The notes: generated from the letters alone by a model not told the origin. DNA of 64,000 nucleotides from Takakia lepidozioides (GCA_030704615.1 CM060731.1:34038001-34102000); one strand, 5' to 3'. Positions 1-13,755 are shown, numbered from the stretch's first letter. A program made the numbers and translations.

Positions 1-1917
1 TCTTCACTGGATTACTGGGCCGTCACTACCTGCCGAATTCCGAAGTGTCTTCTCTCGTCTTATCCCCGAAGTCTCTTCTCTCGTCAGTCTGTTGAACCGT
101 CGGTCGGCTGGAAGTCCGTCTCTTTAGATATGAGTCCGTTTAACTACTACCTTTTAATTATCCGCATTGTCGTGAGTCTGCTGAGCCGTCGGACTGCTAG
201 ACTGTCCGTCTCTTCTGATTTCAGTCAGCTGGACTGTCACAAAATCAGTCTACTGTGGCGCAAGTCTGTTTGCGCTGGGTCTGTTGAGCCGTCATTATGA
301 TCACGTGTAAGTCTGCTGGACCTATTAATGCAACGACGGCGGAAAGGGGCGCCAGTGATCTCGCGCCGCGTCCGAACTCGGATAGAAAGTGCGGTTTACG
401 GTTTACTCCCGTATCACCCGGCCGCCTAGGGGATACTTTGTCTTTTGGGATATTAGTCTGTTAGAAATCAGTCTGTTGTCGCGCAAACTATTCTGCGCCA
501 GTCTCTTCGTCAGTCTGTTGAACCTTCCGTCTGTTGGACTGTCCGTGCAGTGGCATATGAGTTTGTTGTTGCGCAAGTTTGTTTGCAGTGGGTCTGTTCG
601 GCCGTTATGTCATTAGGTTTAAGTCTGTTGGACGCAATAAATGTAGCGACGGCGGTAAGGAGGCCCAGTCACGTCGCGGCACGTCATCTGACTCCGCACC
701 AGACTCCGCACTCGACTTAGTCTCTTCATCAGTCTGCTTAACCTCAGTCGTCAGTCTGTCCTTGCGGTGACATATGAGTCTGTTGTTGAGGGTACTGGGT
801 CTGCTCGGCCGTCTTTGTCATCAGGAGTAAGTCTGCTGGACTTAATGAATGCGACGATGACAGACTGACGATAGAAGAAAAATGCGGAATAACCACTCTG
901 TTAACCACTCATTTTGAGTGGTAAAAGACACTAAACCACTCTAGACCCAGAGTGATGATGAACCAGTGCATTAGGACAAGTGAGTGGTAAAAGACATTAC
1001 GTGGCACCGGTGGTTAAGGACGGTGGTTCGAACCACTCACGTCCGGGTCCACCTGTTAGCTGACGTGTCACTGAGGTAAACCAACTACTTATGACGTGTC
1101 ACAGTGGTAAACTGACGTGTCATAGTGGTAAAGTAACCACTTCCGTTTTGTAGTGGAGACGTGTAAGCCGGTGGTCCGTGGATGATATTGGAGATTATGT
1201 CGACACGTGGCGACACTCTCAGCATGGACACGTGTCGTGTGTCAGTGCTACGAAATGGATGGAGTGAAAAATTCAATGACTTCCGAAACCACTTGTTGAG
1301 TGACCACAAAATGACTCATAGAGTCATTCTATGAAAACTGAGAATATACAATATCAGTCACAGAGTGGTTATGTGAGTGGATAACGTCTCTCAGCAGGTC
1401 ATTGGAATGAAAACCCACAGAGTGGTGTGTAAGCTATTTGAGTCATTCATGGTGTCTCTTTGAGTGGTCACTATGAATTGGAGTCATTACTAACAGAGTG
1501 GTGTGTAAGTGATTAGGAATATCAGTGGAGGAATTCATACCACTAGTACAGTAATATATATGTGACTACTTATACCACTATACAAGTGGTAATGTAGGCA
1601 ATTGTATGCATTTGGCTACTCCCACAGTTTTAAATTATACCACTATTACAGTGATGTGCAAGTGATTATGAACATGACTAGAGGAACACATACCACTAGT
1701 GTAGTGTTTAAAGAAGTACCATTGGGGATTCAAGCTCCACAAAATAGAATAGAATCCCAGAGAGTTAAGTGCTGGAACACTGTCAACAAAATCCAGCCAT
1801 GAAAAAAGCACTAAGCCTAACTTCTACACGGCGTCTCCGCATGCATGCTAGGAACACTGAACTGCTTTCATGCCTTCTTCTCACTGCCAGCAATGTCTAT
1901 GCCCGGGCGAACGAAAT

Positions 1918-2151
1918 CTAAGCCCTCTTCATGTTCTTCTCTGGCCAAAGACAATTCAGACCAACGACATCCTCCAAAATTGTTTGCGGTGGGACCTCTT
2001 CCTCGTTAGGGTGAGGCAAGACACAATTGGCAATATAGATATCATTCACCTCAACCCGCCTTTGAAGGCGCCGTAGTTGGTGCACTGTCGGTGGCAGTAT
2101 CAAGAGCGGCTTTCTCAGCCTGCAAACATCACGCCCAACACCCCTTAGCAA
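1918..2151 (-). pseudogene. Remnant of CACTA ORF2 (TnpA/Tnp1-like) C-terminal domain
   Basis: VH...RVEVNDIYIANCVLPHPNEEEVPPQTILEDVVGLNCLWP fits the VH..RV.V..V....LP.P....TL.D..G....WP pattern of En/Spm ORF2 proteins; lies inside the CACTA TIRs. Confidence 0.6.
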
Positions 2152-4334
2152 TTACATTTAGCAATGCATCTACTAATAGTTTGAAGTACCCAACATGTAA
2201 ATGGCCACATTGTACAGAACTGATAGCCAACAGGTGCATGCATGCTCACCTCTAGTACGGAAATACTGCATGGAGAGGTGCCTCCTGAAGGCCCACCTGA
2301 CTCTTACTCCCGCTAGAACTTGGTGTTATGTCACCATTTGCATCAGTCAAGGACTTTGTGCCTTTGGCAGCAGTGGCTCTGGTTACACGCTCTTTTTTTC
2401 GCATGTACTTCTTCTCAGCTCCCTTCACGATGGCTGGGGTAGGGTCCTCTGCTTTAGTACCCTTCTACATGCCAACAAAACAACAAGGTATAGTACATGA
2501 GTACGTCTTACCATACCTGATGCATAGAATTCATGGCACACACCAATAAATAGATCATTCATGAAATGTTTTCAGAGTAAAAAACAGAAAGCCCAAGGAC
2601 AGGAACCAAGATAAAGTCTTTGAGGGCGTACCTCTTTCTGTGGGGAAATTGGCTTCACATGCTGATCTGCCAACCCCCTACTGTCACCCTTGCCAGCACT
2701 CTCGGTGGAGCAGACGTCCTCACCAGTAGCCAATATTGTTGTCCCGCCAGCTCCATGGAATCTAAGACCTGCAAACTGACTTTCCCAATAACCTTGTAAA
2801 CATTAGGAAGAATACCAAATCATGATACTCAAAGGTACGAAGAGCCCACCTTTGCAGAATGGACGAACTTCTTCACATCGTACATTAAGAAAAGCCACAC
2901 CTGGTGATTGCGGTTGTCCCACCATCGTAAAGGATCGGTATAAAACTCATGCAACCTCACATCACAAATGAGCTAACTTGTAGAATTCTATATGAAAATT
3001 TAGGAACTACTCTGATAACAGGGAAAAACAGGGTGAAATGTGTTGAAGAAGGTATCTTCATGCCACACGTTCAGCCATCTCCACATTGCCATGGATTCCG
3101 CAGGCACCAAGAAAGGCCTTCATTTTGCAAACATGTCGACCTCTTTCCCCTTTTCCAAAACTGCCAGGCACTGTTCAGAATGACATTAGGTACAATTCTA
3201 GCTTTGAACAAGGCACAACCTAACTGTTTCTTGAGCAGTGATCCATGGCCCTGCCCTATGACATCAACCTACTTGCTCTTTCTAAAATGACTCAGACCCT
3301 ACTTAATTCATTCTAAATATATTTATGACCAGAGACTTTATACCCTTATCCATGCTGCAGCGGAAGAGAAGACATGGACAAGGCTGAGGTTATCTAAATT
3401 GTTATTGGGTCTCTTTAGTGAACAGATCATCATATATGCCAGGGTTCTTCTTCCCTACAGATGTCATCATTGGAAAATCACAGGGTGTACATTCTGATCC
3501 TTATACAGATTCAGATCCTATCCACACTGTAAACATATCAGAGATACCCCACTGGCCCATACTTGGATTAGGTAAGTGATGCAGAAATATGTGTGCCACT
3601 TACTCTACTGTAAACCAGAATGCAAAGGCCCTAGTTTCTACACATCATGAGCTCTCCTTTTCCTTCTTTATTAATACTACAGCTATCTAAGAAACAGATC
3701 CCCTTTGGCATGACATTGCTACCCCTTCATATCCTGCCCATGGATTGTACACTGATGCATGGTGTTTTGACATCATTCACATCTACTTAAATGAAAATGC
3801 AAAACCCTAGCTTCTCTATTTCAGATTTCTCTTCTCTTCCCCTTTGCATGAAGAGGGCATGATATCACAGAGCCCCCACTTTTAACTCCTCCTTAAAACT
3901 GCATTTTAACTATTTGAAAGACCCTTATGCCCCACTGATTGTAGATCTCAGTCTATGAATGTTCCTAAGCTGATTGATACAAGCAGTAGGGAACAAATGC
4001 ATGCCACCTGATATCTTCTTTCATAAAAGCTACAGCCTACCCCCATAGTAGGTACATTGCCCTCTTCATATGTCATTGGCATTCTTCCCCACTATCCTTC
4101 ATTTGTGTCCTCCTTCCAACTAAGTTCAGCAGATGTTCAACAATCCTTTCACCATCTCTTCACACAAGACATCCCCTACTTTAATGATTGTACCGCTGGC
4201 ATGAGCAACATCTAAAGGCAGTACACCAGCAACACTTCACCAGCAGAGACATCCATTCCATAGCACTCAAGCACTTTCATGACCTCCTACTGTAATTGAG
4301 AATGTTGTTCCTTCTCCCATGAGTATCAAACCCC

Positions 4335-4675
4335 GCGATCGCGGTTGTCCCACCATCGTGCATGCCTTCATGCCCCGATTCTAGGGCTTGAGTCCATGTC
4401 TGCCCCCTATCCCACCAGCTCCGCTCGTCATTGTACATTGAGAAAAGCCACACCTTGCGATCGCGGTTGTCCCATCATCGTGCATGCCTTCATGCCCCGA
4501 TTCTAGGTCTTGAGTCCCTGTCTGCCCCCTATCCCACCAGCTTCGCTCGTCATTGTACATTGAGAAAAAGCCACACCTTGCGATCGCGGTTGTCCCACCA
4601 TCGTGCACACCTTCATGCCCCGATTCTAGGTCTTGAGTCCATGTCTGTCCCTATCCCACCAGCTCCGTTCGTCGT
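4335..4675. repeat. Tandem repeat, ~122-123-bp unit, ~2.8 copies, inside the CACTA element
   Basis: GCGATCGCGGTTGTCCCA starts at 4335, 4457 and 4580; a partial dispersed copy is at ~2878-2928. Confidence 0.9.
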
Positions 4676-5744
4676 CTCTCATGATCAGACGCGACACTAT
4701 AAGAAAACAAACATAGCTCTGTCATGTTTGTCTTTCACGATCAAACTCGACACAAAGAAAACAAACAGATCATGCCACAATGGCAGGGAAGACAAAAAAA
4801 ACGCTAAGTCCCCTCACACATGACTGGATGGATGAATGTAGCGATAGATGGATGTATTTTGGGTTTTTCATCAACACACAAACCACTAAAGTTTTTCACC
4901 ACAGAAGTAATACCAAACGTTGTTGTGTATGTAATCACTAATGCGTAACCACTGGCCGAGTGGTTCCAACCACTAGTCGAGTGGTTCTAGTTACTAAATG
5001 GTTTGTAACCACTCACTCTACACCACTCTCAAAGTGGTACCAATCAATGGGGGTCTTTAACCACTCCAGATTTACGTATACTGTCCCCGTCCACATGGAA
5101 TAATATAGTTCATAATTAAATATATTTTGAAATGATAAATCTTAAATAAAAATTGAATTATTACACGTGGAGTAGCAAGTGGTTTCAATCACCTCCCATC
5201 ACTCAGGTGTCTTCAACCACTCACAACCCACCACAAAAGTAGTATCAATCACTCACGTGTATGTAACCACTCACAAGTGTCCACTTGAAGAGTGGTTCCA
5301 GTTACAAAAGGGTCTTAACCACTCACATTTCACCACTGTGCAAGTGGTACCAATCACTGGGGGGTCTTTAACCACTCCAGATCTACGTATACTATCCTCA
5401 TCCACGTGGAATAATATATTTTGAAATGATAAAAATCTTTAAAAAAAAATTATTACACATGGAGTAGAAAGTGGTTTCAACCACTTCCAACCACTCCATA
5501 TGATGCCACCATGGCATTTCATCGGAATTAACCACTGACCAGTGGTTACCATTACTTAGAGTGATTATAGAGTGATAAAAGACAAGAATGGTTAAGGGGG
5601 CCACTGGTTATTTCGCGTTTTTCTTCTAGTGCACTCATCCCGTCTGCTAGACTGTCCGTGCACTGGCATACTGCCAGCACGTGTGAGGGGTCTGCAACTA
5701 TTTAATGCGATGGCGGCCAAAAAAGGGCGCCAGTGAAATCTCGT

Positions 5745-7863
5745 TGGAGACTGGATGACATTAAAAACAATATGTGATACCTGATCTTTAAGCTTCACTT
5801 CAAGTGGTCGAGTTTCATGGTCCACATTTCTTGATGCTAACGGTCGTCCATCGATGACTTCAACGGGGGCCGAGAGTTTCTTCTTTACGAGCGTTAAATT
5901 GTGTTGCTTCGCAAAGTTTTTGTCTATAAAACAAGCTGAAGCTCCTGAGTCCAAAAGTGCTTCTACAACGATATCACTAAGCTAAGCGGAGTCTTCGCAT
6001 GCTAAGCAACGAAAAAATAAATATTTTTTTAAAAAGAAAAAGAAAATATAGATCTCTCGATTTTGCACTCTCATGTTTACCGGAACTGTGAAGCAAGGTG
6101 TGGGGTCTAGAGGTAGAAAGAGACTTTTTTTCGGTAAGGAATTTGTGGTGTCCAGCCGCATGGTCCCTACTGTGACTGGACATCGTTGTTTTCCAACCTC
6201 CTCGTATCGAACACTTGAGTTGTGCCCCGAGCTTTGAATCTTCTCTTGTTTGGGTAGTTTAATGCTATGTGATCTTCTTCTCCGCATAGAGGCATAATCC
6301 ATTCGAGCGCCGTCTTTGTTTTTCTTGTGGCGTCAATGGTTTGAATCGGACAGCATCAATCTGCATAGGATCACTATTGGATGTCTGATGGATCGTTCTA
6401 TTTGGTGTCGTAGTAGCAGTGACATGATGCGTCGTCGACCATCCAGATCGCTTCTCTTGACGTCTTTCGAACAAACGATTATCGCATGCAATGACTTGGG
6501 TGATGAATTCACTCAGTGTGCTCACGTTTGGCATTGTCAGCAACAAATCTTTTACATCATCTTTTAGTCCACATCGAAATTGACTAATGAGGCTCTTCTC
6601 ATTCCAGTCGAGGTCGCACGCAAGTTGTCAAAATTCGGCAGCATAAACGGAAGCAGGACGTGCAATTTGTCGAAGATTTCGCATCTTTGTTTCTGCAACT
6701 CTCTCTCTATCATTTTCTCCAAACGTTGCAGTGAACTCGGACATGAATGCTTCAAAATTATATAGTAAATACAAATTTTTTTCTAATAGCGGTGCAAACC
6801 AAGATAGGGCAGTGCCTGATAGAAGGGTGCCCACGAATCCCACTTGAATACCTTCATCGGGGTAGCGTTTTGGATATAGCCGTACTTGTTGAACAAAACC
6901 GCGAAATCTTGATCTCGTCCTATCAAATTTCTCGGGCATGCTGATATTTGGTTATCTCATAATCTGTTGAAGAGGAACCGTTGCTGTATGAGCTGTTGCA
7001 GTAGAGACTCGTATGGTTGAAGATCCATTGTTCGATTCCTTTAATTCTGAAATTTGTTGTTGCAAATTGTGGAGAACATTGCCAAGATCTTGAGACTGAT
7101 CAGCTTACAATTGGGCGGTAGATGTACGAAGTTATTGCATCTGGAGCTGAAGACTCTGCAATGTGGTGATCATTTCCGCAAATGTGTCTTCCATCTTAAT
7201 TAACTAAAGAACAAACTTTAGTCTCGCCAAACTGTCAAGGACGAGAACATGACTGAACACAAACAAGAGATAAAACTAGAGGTACAATGCTAGATAAGAA
7301 GTCAAGGTCAGCGTGGCCGAATGCACGATGAATAAATAGGAATCAAGACGATCTTTATAACAATGAACAAGAGTACAAGATATTGGAACACGACTTGAAT
7401 ACTGGAATGCTGGAAACTGGACTGGAGTACCAGATATTGGAAACTGGGCTAGAGTACTGGGAACTGGAAACAAGAGTAGCTTGAACTGGTGTTGGCGAGA
7501 CTGAAGAGTGTTCAGTCTCGTCTCCTATATATACTGGCTACTAAGAAGCTTCCCCAAGAAGCTTCCCCTATGGAGGTTTCTTACTGGAGAAGTTTCAAAG
7601 ATTAAACAAAGGTTTCTTGATGGAGAAGCTTCCTTAAACAAAGGAGGTATCTTGATGGAGAAGTTTCCTCCAAAAGAAGCTTCCTGAGTAGTTCCCAAGT
7701 TACTCTTGGTAATTTGGTAAACTCCCGGTAACTTGGTAAGTAATGGTAAATCATGGTAGATCATGATAAATCACGGTAAGTCATGGTAACTTTCGGTAAC
7801 ATGGTAACTTGGTAACTTCTGGTATTTACTCCTGGTAAGTTCTTCTGGGCTATGTCCGTGACA
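5745..7863 (-). mobile_element. Truncated Ty3/gypsy LTR retrotransposon (Tcn1/Tf1-like): 5' LTR + degenerate gag + protease
   Basis: Frameshifted gag (PEKFD..RSRFRGFVQQV, LLSGTALSWFAPLL, DPMQIDA, GLCLY) at ~6265-6960 and protease LDSGASACFID at ~5960-5745. Sequence breaks into MULE sequence at ~5745. Confidence 0.85.
7233..7863 (-). repeat. 5' LTR of the Tcn1/Tf1-like element
   Basis: Termini TGTCAAGGAC...GTCCGTGACA (9/10 inverted match), TATATATA at 7526-7533, internal GGTAA-type and GGAACTGG short repeats. Confidence 0.8.
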
Positions 7864-10360
7864 CGCCAGGAAGTGGAGCGGGTGCGGGAGTACATCTTGT
7901 TTAAGTACCTTGGCTCAGCAGACGCCATAGCAGCACTGGACTCTGCAGACAAAGCACGCGCCAACTCCCTGGTCAACACCATACTCACTGCACACTTGGT
8001 GGGCACAGAGCTCACCCAATCTGGCATCTATCAGACTTTTTCCCAGCAGACTTTTTCCCACCAGACTCACAGTCAGCACAGTCTTGTCCAGCACACTCCC
8101 ATGTACCAGACTCTCGTCCAACATACTCTCATCCAGCAGACTGCTATTCAGGAGACTCCCAACCAGCAGACTGCCACCCAGAAGACGCCCATCCACCACA
8201 GTGTTGTCCAGTGGACTCCAAGCCAGCAGACTCCCATTGAGCGGATTCCCAGGCAGCAGACTCCCATTGTCACGACCACCACGAGACTTTTTGGAGTTTG
8301 GCGCTCGTCATTGCCGCTCATTGATCCCGAAGACACTTGCCCGTCTGAGGGTGAGGGAAGTCAATGCCAATGTGGATTGGTATAATGAGCTCCATCGCAT
8401 TGTCACGGACGGCCGGTGGCCTTTGTTCCCTTTCATTACTCCATGGAATTTACTATGGCAGAAGCGAATGAAGTCCTCGAAAGCGCACATTTTGTTGCCC
8501 TGGCAGCCACGAAGGTCCAAAATGCCCCGCCAGTGCTTGTCCAATTAATCCTCATAGATGACCCACGGCCTCAGGAACTCAGACATATGCCCATGGCACA
8601 TCCTACCTTCGGGGTGTGGGGAAAGCACTTGCTTGGAATTACTGAAGAGTACTTTGATTGCATTGCTAATTCTTTCTTTTACCATCGATGGATGCAGTTC
8701 GGCAATTTCCGTTCATACAATAAATTGGTAAAAGACCTGCAAAGTTTGAGGAAGTATTTGTTTCATTCAGATTTGGATGCGGGTAAGAAGAGTGTTGTGG
8801 ATGAGGCGTTGCAGTGGTTTGTTGCGGTAATGGAGCGAGTAGTGTTCGATATTGTGTTGAACAGACCGGATGTGTTCAAAGTCCTTTGGTACGGCTCCCC
8901 ATTTGAAAACCGTATGCCAGCGATTCGCCATCTCGATGGAGCATGCTTGGAACGCCAAATCAAAGATATTGGTCTCATTGACAACCTCCTAGAAGGTAAT
9001 GCTGACTTCTTCTGGACCGTTGTGAAGTTCATGGTTTTTTCTTCTACCATCCTGTCAGACTCACTTTGTCCAACTCATCTGTTTAAGGAATGTCCGATTT
9101 AGACGAGCACGTGCAATGTGCTTTCGATTCCCTTGCCAGAGGTGCACAAGCTGTTGTGCTGGAGTTACAGGGACTCCATGACACCGTTCAGCAGACTCCT
9201 GATGACGCCGTTGCTCAGCACACTGACCCACTGCAACAAAAAGAGCATGGACAGACTGTCGACACTATCCCAGCCACTGTTCAGGAGATATGAAGGCGAC
9301 CCCCAGTATGAGTGCTCCATCGGGCCTCCGGACTTGAAGCCACTTGAGACGGTGGAGTCGGAGTGCACAAATAGAATGCTGGAGCTGTGGTGTCGTTTCT
9401 ATGAGAAGACGGTTGAGGAGAAGTACTCAAGTACTGTTGCTCTTCTGCCAGCCTCAACGTGGTCTCGTATGATGACACATTGGGACGGGCCACGATAAAG
9501 GCTAGTGGAGTATCTGCATTCTTGCTGGAGCGTCCCTCGGCTTGGCAAAGACATAAAAGACTGCCATCATATAATCGTTCCGATTGTGGAGGAGTAAGAT
9601 TTCGCATACCCAGTCTGTTATGTCGGGCCAGTCTTTTGAATGACGTCACTACGTTCACACCTGCCTCTCGCTGGTTGAGTCCGTTCAGTCTGCTCAGTCT
9701 GGCAAATCTGCCCAGTCTTTTGAATGAGGATAGTCTGCTCGGTATGCCCACTCTGCCCTGAGTCTGCTCAATCTGCCAAGTCTGCTGAGTCTGCCCATTA
9801 TACTGAGTCTGCCCATTATGCTGAGTCCGCTCATTATGCCAAGTCTGCTGAGTGATGAGTCTTCTGGGTCTGCTGAGTTTGTTGAGTCGTGACTCTGCTG
9901 AGTCGGCTGAGTGTACTAGGATCAGGACCCAGCCTACTTGCGAGTCTGTAGAGTCTGCTGGAGAGGTAGTTGGAGTGGTCTGCTGAGAGGACTGCTGCCG
10001 TGAGACTCATGAGAATCATCTTGCAGGGTGCACTAGAGTGTTGTTGTCATTGACGTGCGGAAAGGCTGCTACACTCACATGAACTCCATCGAGTCTTCGC
10101 ATGGTTGCCCATATGTTTTGTCATGGATACGGAAGCTGCATGCGGAGTGTTTAGGCTACAGTGTTGATTCACCGGGTTGGGAGGAGGTTAGGGCATTTCA
10201 GTTCAACCAGCTTGAAGTGCACCAACAGCCATTCAGCTGGGAATGCGGGTTTTACGTCATGTTCTTCATCCAAGGATACTATGAATGGCTACAAACTGGG
10301 CATAGTCGAACCTCTTCTAAAAGGGCAGAGAGAGGAGTACCTTTCACGAAACACTGATTT
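7864..10360 (+). pseudogene. MULE-borne Ulp1/C48 SUMO-protease-like gene with Q/T/P-rich repeat and unknown N-terminal domain
   Basis: HIIVPIVE (~9565-9592), then a GT..AG intron to 10026, then VH*SVVVID (HW changed to H-TAG at 10034), HMNS and QQPFSWECGFYV (10223-10258). This is the Ulp1 H-D-Q-C catalytic layout. Upstream ORFs 7852-8385, 8416-9102 and 9118-9498 are frameshifted parts. Confidence 0.7.
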
Positions 10361-13032
10361 ACGTTCAAGTTTGCACTTGGCCAACGGATGCAGTGTCTTA
10401 AGTATATCTTGACTGGTTTGACCGCTGCTGAGAAAGCAATATCCTCATAGATACCCATGTGGGCCCGAGATTAGAGATGCACCATAGGACGCATTTGTCA
10501 TGTAAGCATGCTTTTGAGCATTTGCAACGAAATAAAATATGACTTTGCATACACATCCTATTGGTCGCATATGAGTGCAGTGTGGAGTAGTCGCGGTAGA
10601 CTTGTGACCAATTCACTGCATGTTGTTAAGCGGACTTACCCCTGCACACACAATCATTTTGTTTAAAATACCAAGGGACTCCACTGGTCAGCAAACAGCC
10701 GAGAGTCAGCAGACTGCCAGCAGACAGAGGGCAATGTTGCTAGATTGACGAGAGTCCGACAGACTGAGGAGTTGGGACCAGTCCGGCAGACTGGCAGTTG
10801 CGATTGGGAACCATGAGTCTGCACTGGTGAGCAGACTGTTGAGAGTCACCGGAGTGGTAGAGTACAGGCGGACAGCATTGGCCAGTAGTCTGCCAAATGT
10901 CAGCAGAGTAAGTGAGAGTCCACCGTATTGAGAATGGCCAGTCTGATGGGTAGACCACATGAGGCTCACTGGTCAGCCAGGTGCAGATCCGGGAGACTGG
11001 TCTGCTCAGGAGGAGGCTGGCACAACAGACTGTTCAAAGATTGAGTCCCAGCCTGGTACAACAGATTGGTTCAGACACCAGAAGACTGGTTGAGCATACT
11101 GGTTCAGACGCCAGAAGACTGGTTTACCAGGCTGGTTGGCAGACATGTTGGAAATCTGGTGCACATGCAATCGTACCGCTGAAATTTTATTTCATCGGGA
11201 GAATGATACTGTACCATTTCCTACATTTCCTACTCTACTTTAGAACTGGTATACGGTCTGCGACCCTTCGGATTGTGGAGTATATGTGTGCTACAGGTGT
11301 TGGGGCACCAACCCTCTTCCCTGTTTTGCGTAAGACCCTGGGTCGCGTTTTCCATGCCTCAACAAAATCCCGTTTCCTTTTCAGCGACATAATATTGTTG
11401 TTGTCATTTACAGGACGGAGCTATTTGCTGCCGCAGGGTGTAACATTCCTGCATCACTCTTGGCAAGAATATCAACAAGCTGCCCCCTACAGATACGAAG
11501 AGAAGACAACACATGTTTCTCCAGGTATTTGTCGTCCCCAACAATGCGAAGTATGTCTGCAAATTCTTCATCTATGGAGGATAGTACGAGGACAGGCTCC
11601 GCATCATAGGGGAAGTTATCTGTGGAAGGGCCCTCTGTTGCATTTCCCAAACCCTCTTTGTCACCGCCACTTGCATGAACCCTAAACACATTATGCAATC
11701 CTCCATGAATGGTTCCCACGCTGTGCCACAAGCGCGCACTATGAGTCCATCCTACAAGTGTGGACGAAGCAACTTCAGGACTCGGACTTGATGCTCGCAC
11801 AAATTGCCCTTCATTGCCCATGGGCAAGTGCAAGAAGCCCATTCGCATCCGGGGTTGTAAACAATGTAAATTGTGTTTGGGTGATTGGTGCTTAGAACAT
11901 AGGCTGGTTGCCCAGGATGGAACGGAAGAGTGACATTGCAAGCTGGGATATCGCGTGCCGCAAGCACAAAACTGGACATGTACTTCTCCTGTTTGTCATT
12001 CCTTATGAATCCGTGCGTCTTCAGGTGAATTGCATACCAGTAGTGTTAGCACACGGCCTGTGAGTTCCCATATGAGCCAATCCACTCTACGCCCAGTCAT
12101 TTTGCCTTTCCCCATCCTCAATCTTGCCTTCAAGTTTCCATGGTATGCCTCAAATGCTAGCGTTGGTGTCTTGACTGGCATGCGGAACATGGCGAGCTGC
12201 TGTACACCACATTGCTATTTTAGGATGCCATTCCTTATCGATGTAGTCTAGAAATTCATGCCCATTCGGATATTTCTGTCTCATGCATCGGAGCGTTGTT
12301 GCTACCCATGCAATACCTTCTTTGGGATTGCTTGGTCCACCTCTACAGTACATGAGGTCTCCCATATCTTTCAGCAAGGTTGCGGCAATGATAGAATCTT
12401 TGGTTTTTGCGCATGATTGCTTCACCCAAGCCTGCCGGACATGCCAAAGACACATGAAAATGAGCACTCCTCGAAAAACAGCCCGACAAAGTACACATGC
12501 CCACATGAGAGACTTCAAAGAGGACTTCGCCGGTGGACTTGGGCACTAACCCAGTAGACTCTTTGGTTGACTGGTCTGCCCGTCTGTTCCAAATGGATTT
12601 AGGCAGCAGACTCGCCCACTCTGACCTGCCATGAGTGTTGCCCTCACGACACCGCCAGCAGACCTGCCCACGCTGACCTCGCAGCGGACTTACGTAAGTG
12701 AGTCTTGCAACAGACTTGGCCAGAGGGCATCCCGAGCGGACTAGGTTGCCAACAGACTTCCAAACAATCCCCTCCGGTGGACTCGCCTGCGAGCGGACTT
12801 GCTGGACTAGACTGAGGTCGCATCAGACTGGCGCACGTGAGTCTTGCAGCGGACTGCTTGCGAACAGTCCCCTCCGGCGGATCTGCCTGCGAGCGGACTT
12901 GCTGGACCAGACTGAGGCCGTAGCAGACTGGCGCACGTGAGTCTTGCAGCGGACTGCTTGCGAACAGTCCCCTCCGGCGGACCTGCCTGCCAACGGACTT
13001 GCTGGACCAGACTGAGGTCGTAGCAGACTGGC

Positions 13033-13755
13033 TGTCGCGCACCTCACTTCGGTAAGCTCCCCCTTCAAGTCATAGTTACTCGCTTTGATGCGCGCCTAAC
13101 TCCCAACCTGGCCGTCGGGCCAACTTGGAGCTTCGGCTGCTCACCGGGACATAACGGTCCCCCTTTCTTTCCCGACAGACCCTCCACCGATTTGGGCCTA
13201 GTGGAAATTCCCTTTGGTAGATGGTAGTCCGGAATAGCTCCCCACTCCTTGGTCGTTTCCGGCTCGCTCACTTACTCACTAGTTTTTGGTCACCAATGGG
13301 CTTGCACCGTTCTCGGGGTTACTACTCCCTATATATACTTCTGTGACTGTCCGCGGGGGTTTCACAAACAACCATGCCATTTTATGGCGAACCACCACGA
13401 AGACCCTCGATTCCCGGTGATGAGTCGCGGTGAGTCTTGGCCCACCCACCACGGCCCCATTGGACCGTGGTGAGTCCCAAGACTCCCCACGACTCCCACC
13501 ACCAGGTCTCCGCCCCATGGTGAGTCCTATGCCACCCCCACTAAGTCCCACTAAGCTACGACCACCCCCTTGTGGAGCCACCCCACCGCAACCCGCTGTG
13601 CGGGGCTCCACCTAGTGAGCGCCTCCGCCTCCTTGAGTGCCTTTGGGCACTCAAGGGTGCTTCAGCCCCCCGTACCTATTGCTGCCACCGCCCCCACCAC
13701 AGGGGCAGCCCCTCTGCGTCCCGACCCCCTGCCCTCAAGGCAAAGGGCCGCGACA
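13033..13755 (-). repeat. 3' LTR of the chromovirus
   Basis: Direct repeat of 19084-19810 with scattered, mostly transition, differences. Confidence 0.97.

Larger units (their letters stand above)
869..5631 (-). mobile_element. CACTA (En/Spm) element, degenerate/non-autonomous
   Basis: Right end ...GGTTATTTCGCGTTTTTCTTCTAGTG (5631) reads CACTAGAAGAAAAACGCGAAATAACCA on -. Left end CGATAGAAGAAAAATGCGGAATAACCA (869) matches apart from a decayed CACTA. Dense ACCACT/AGTGGT subterminal repeats at 890-1700 and 4880-5610. 3-bp TSD not preserved. Confidence 0.8.

Noticed and set aside
3200-4300. CACTA Tnp2 transposase remnant
   Set aside because: Expected from position, but no diagnostic motif could be read with confidence.
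4335-4675. CRISPR-like array
   Set aside because: Whole 122-bp units are repeated with no unique spacers, and the context is a eukaryotic TE. The same applies to the 100-bp array at 12.7-20.1 kb.
10981-11685. 234-aa + strand ORF
   Set aside because: It runs through the CAGACT array and is antisense to the transposase 3' end, with no recognisable domain.
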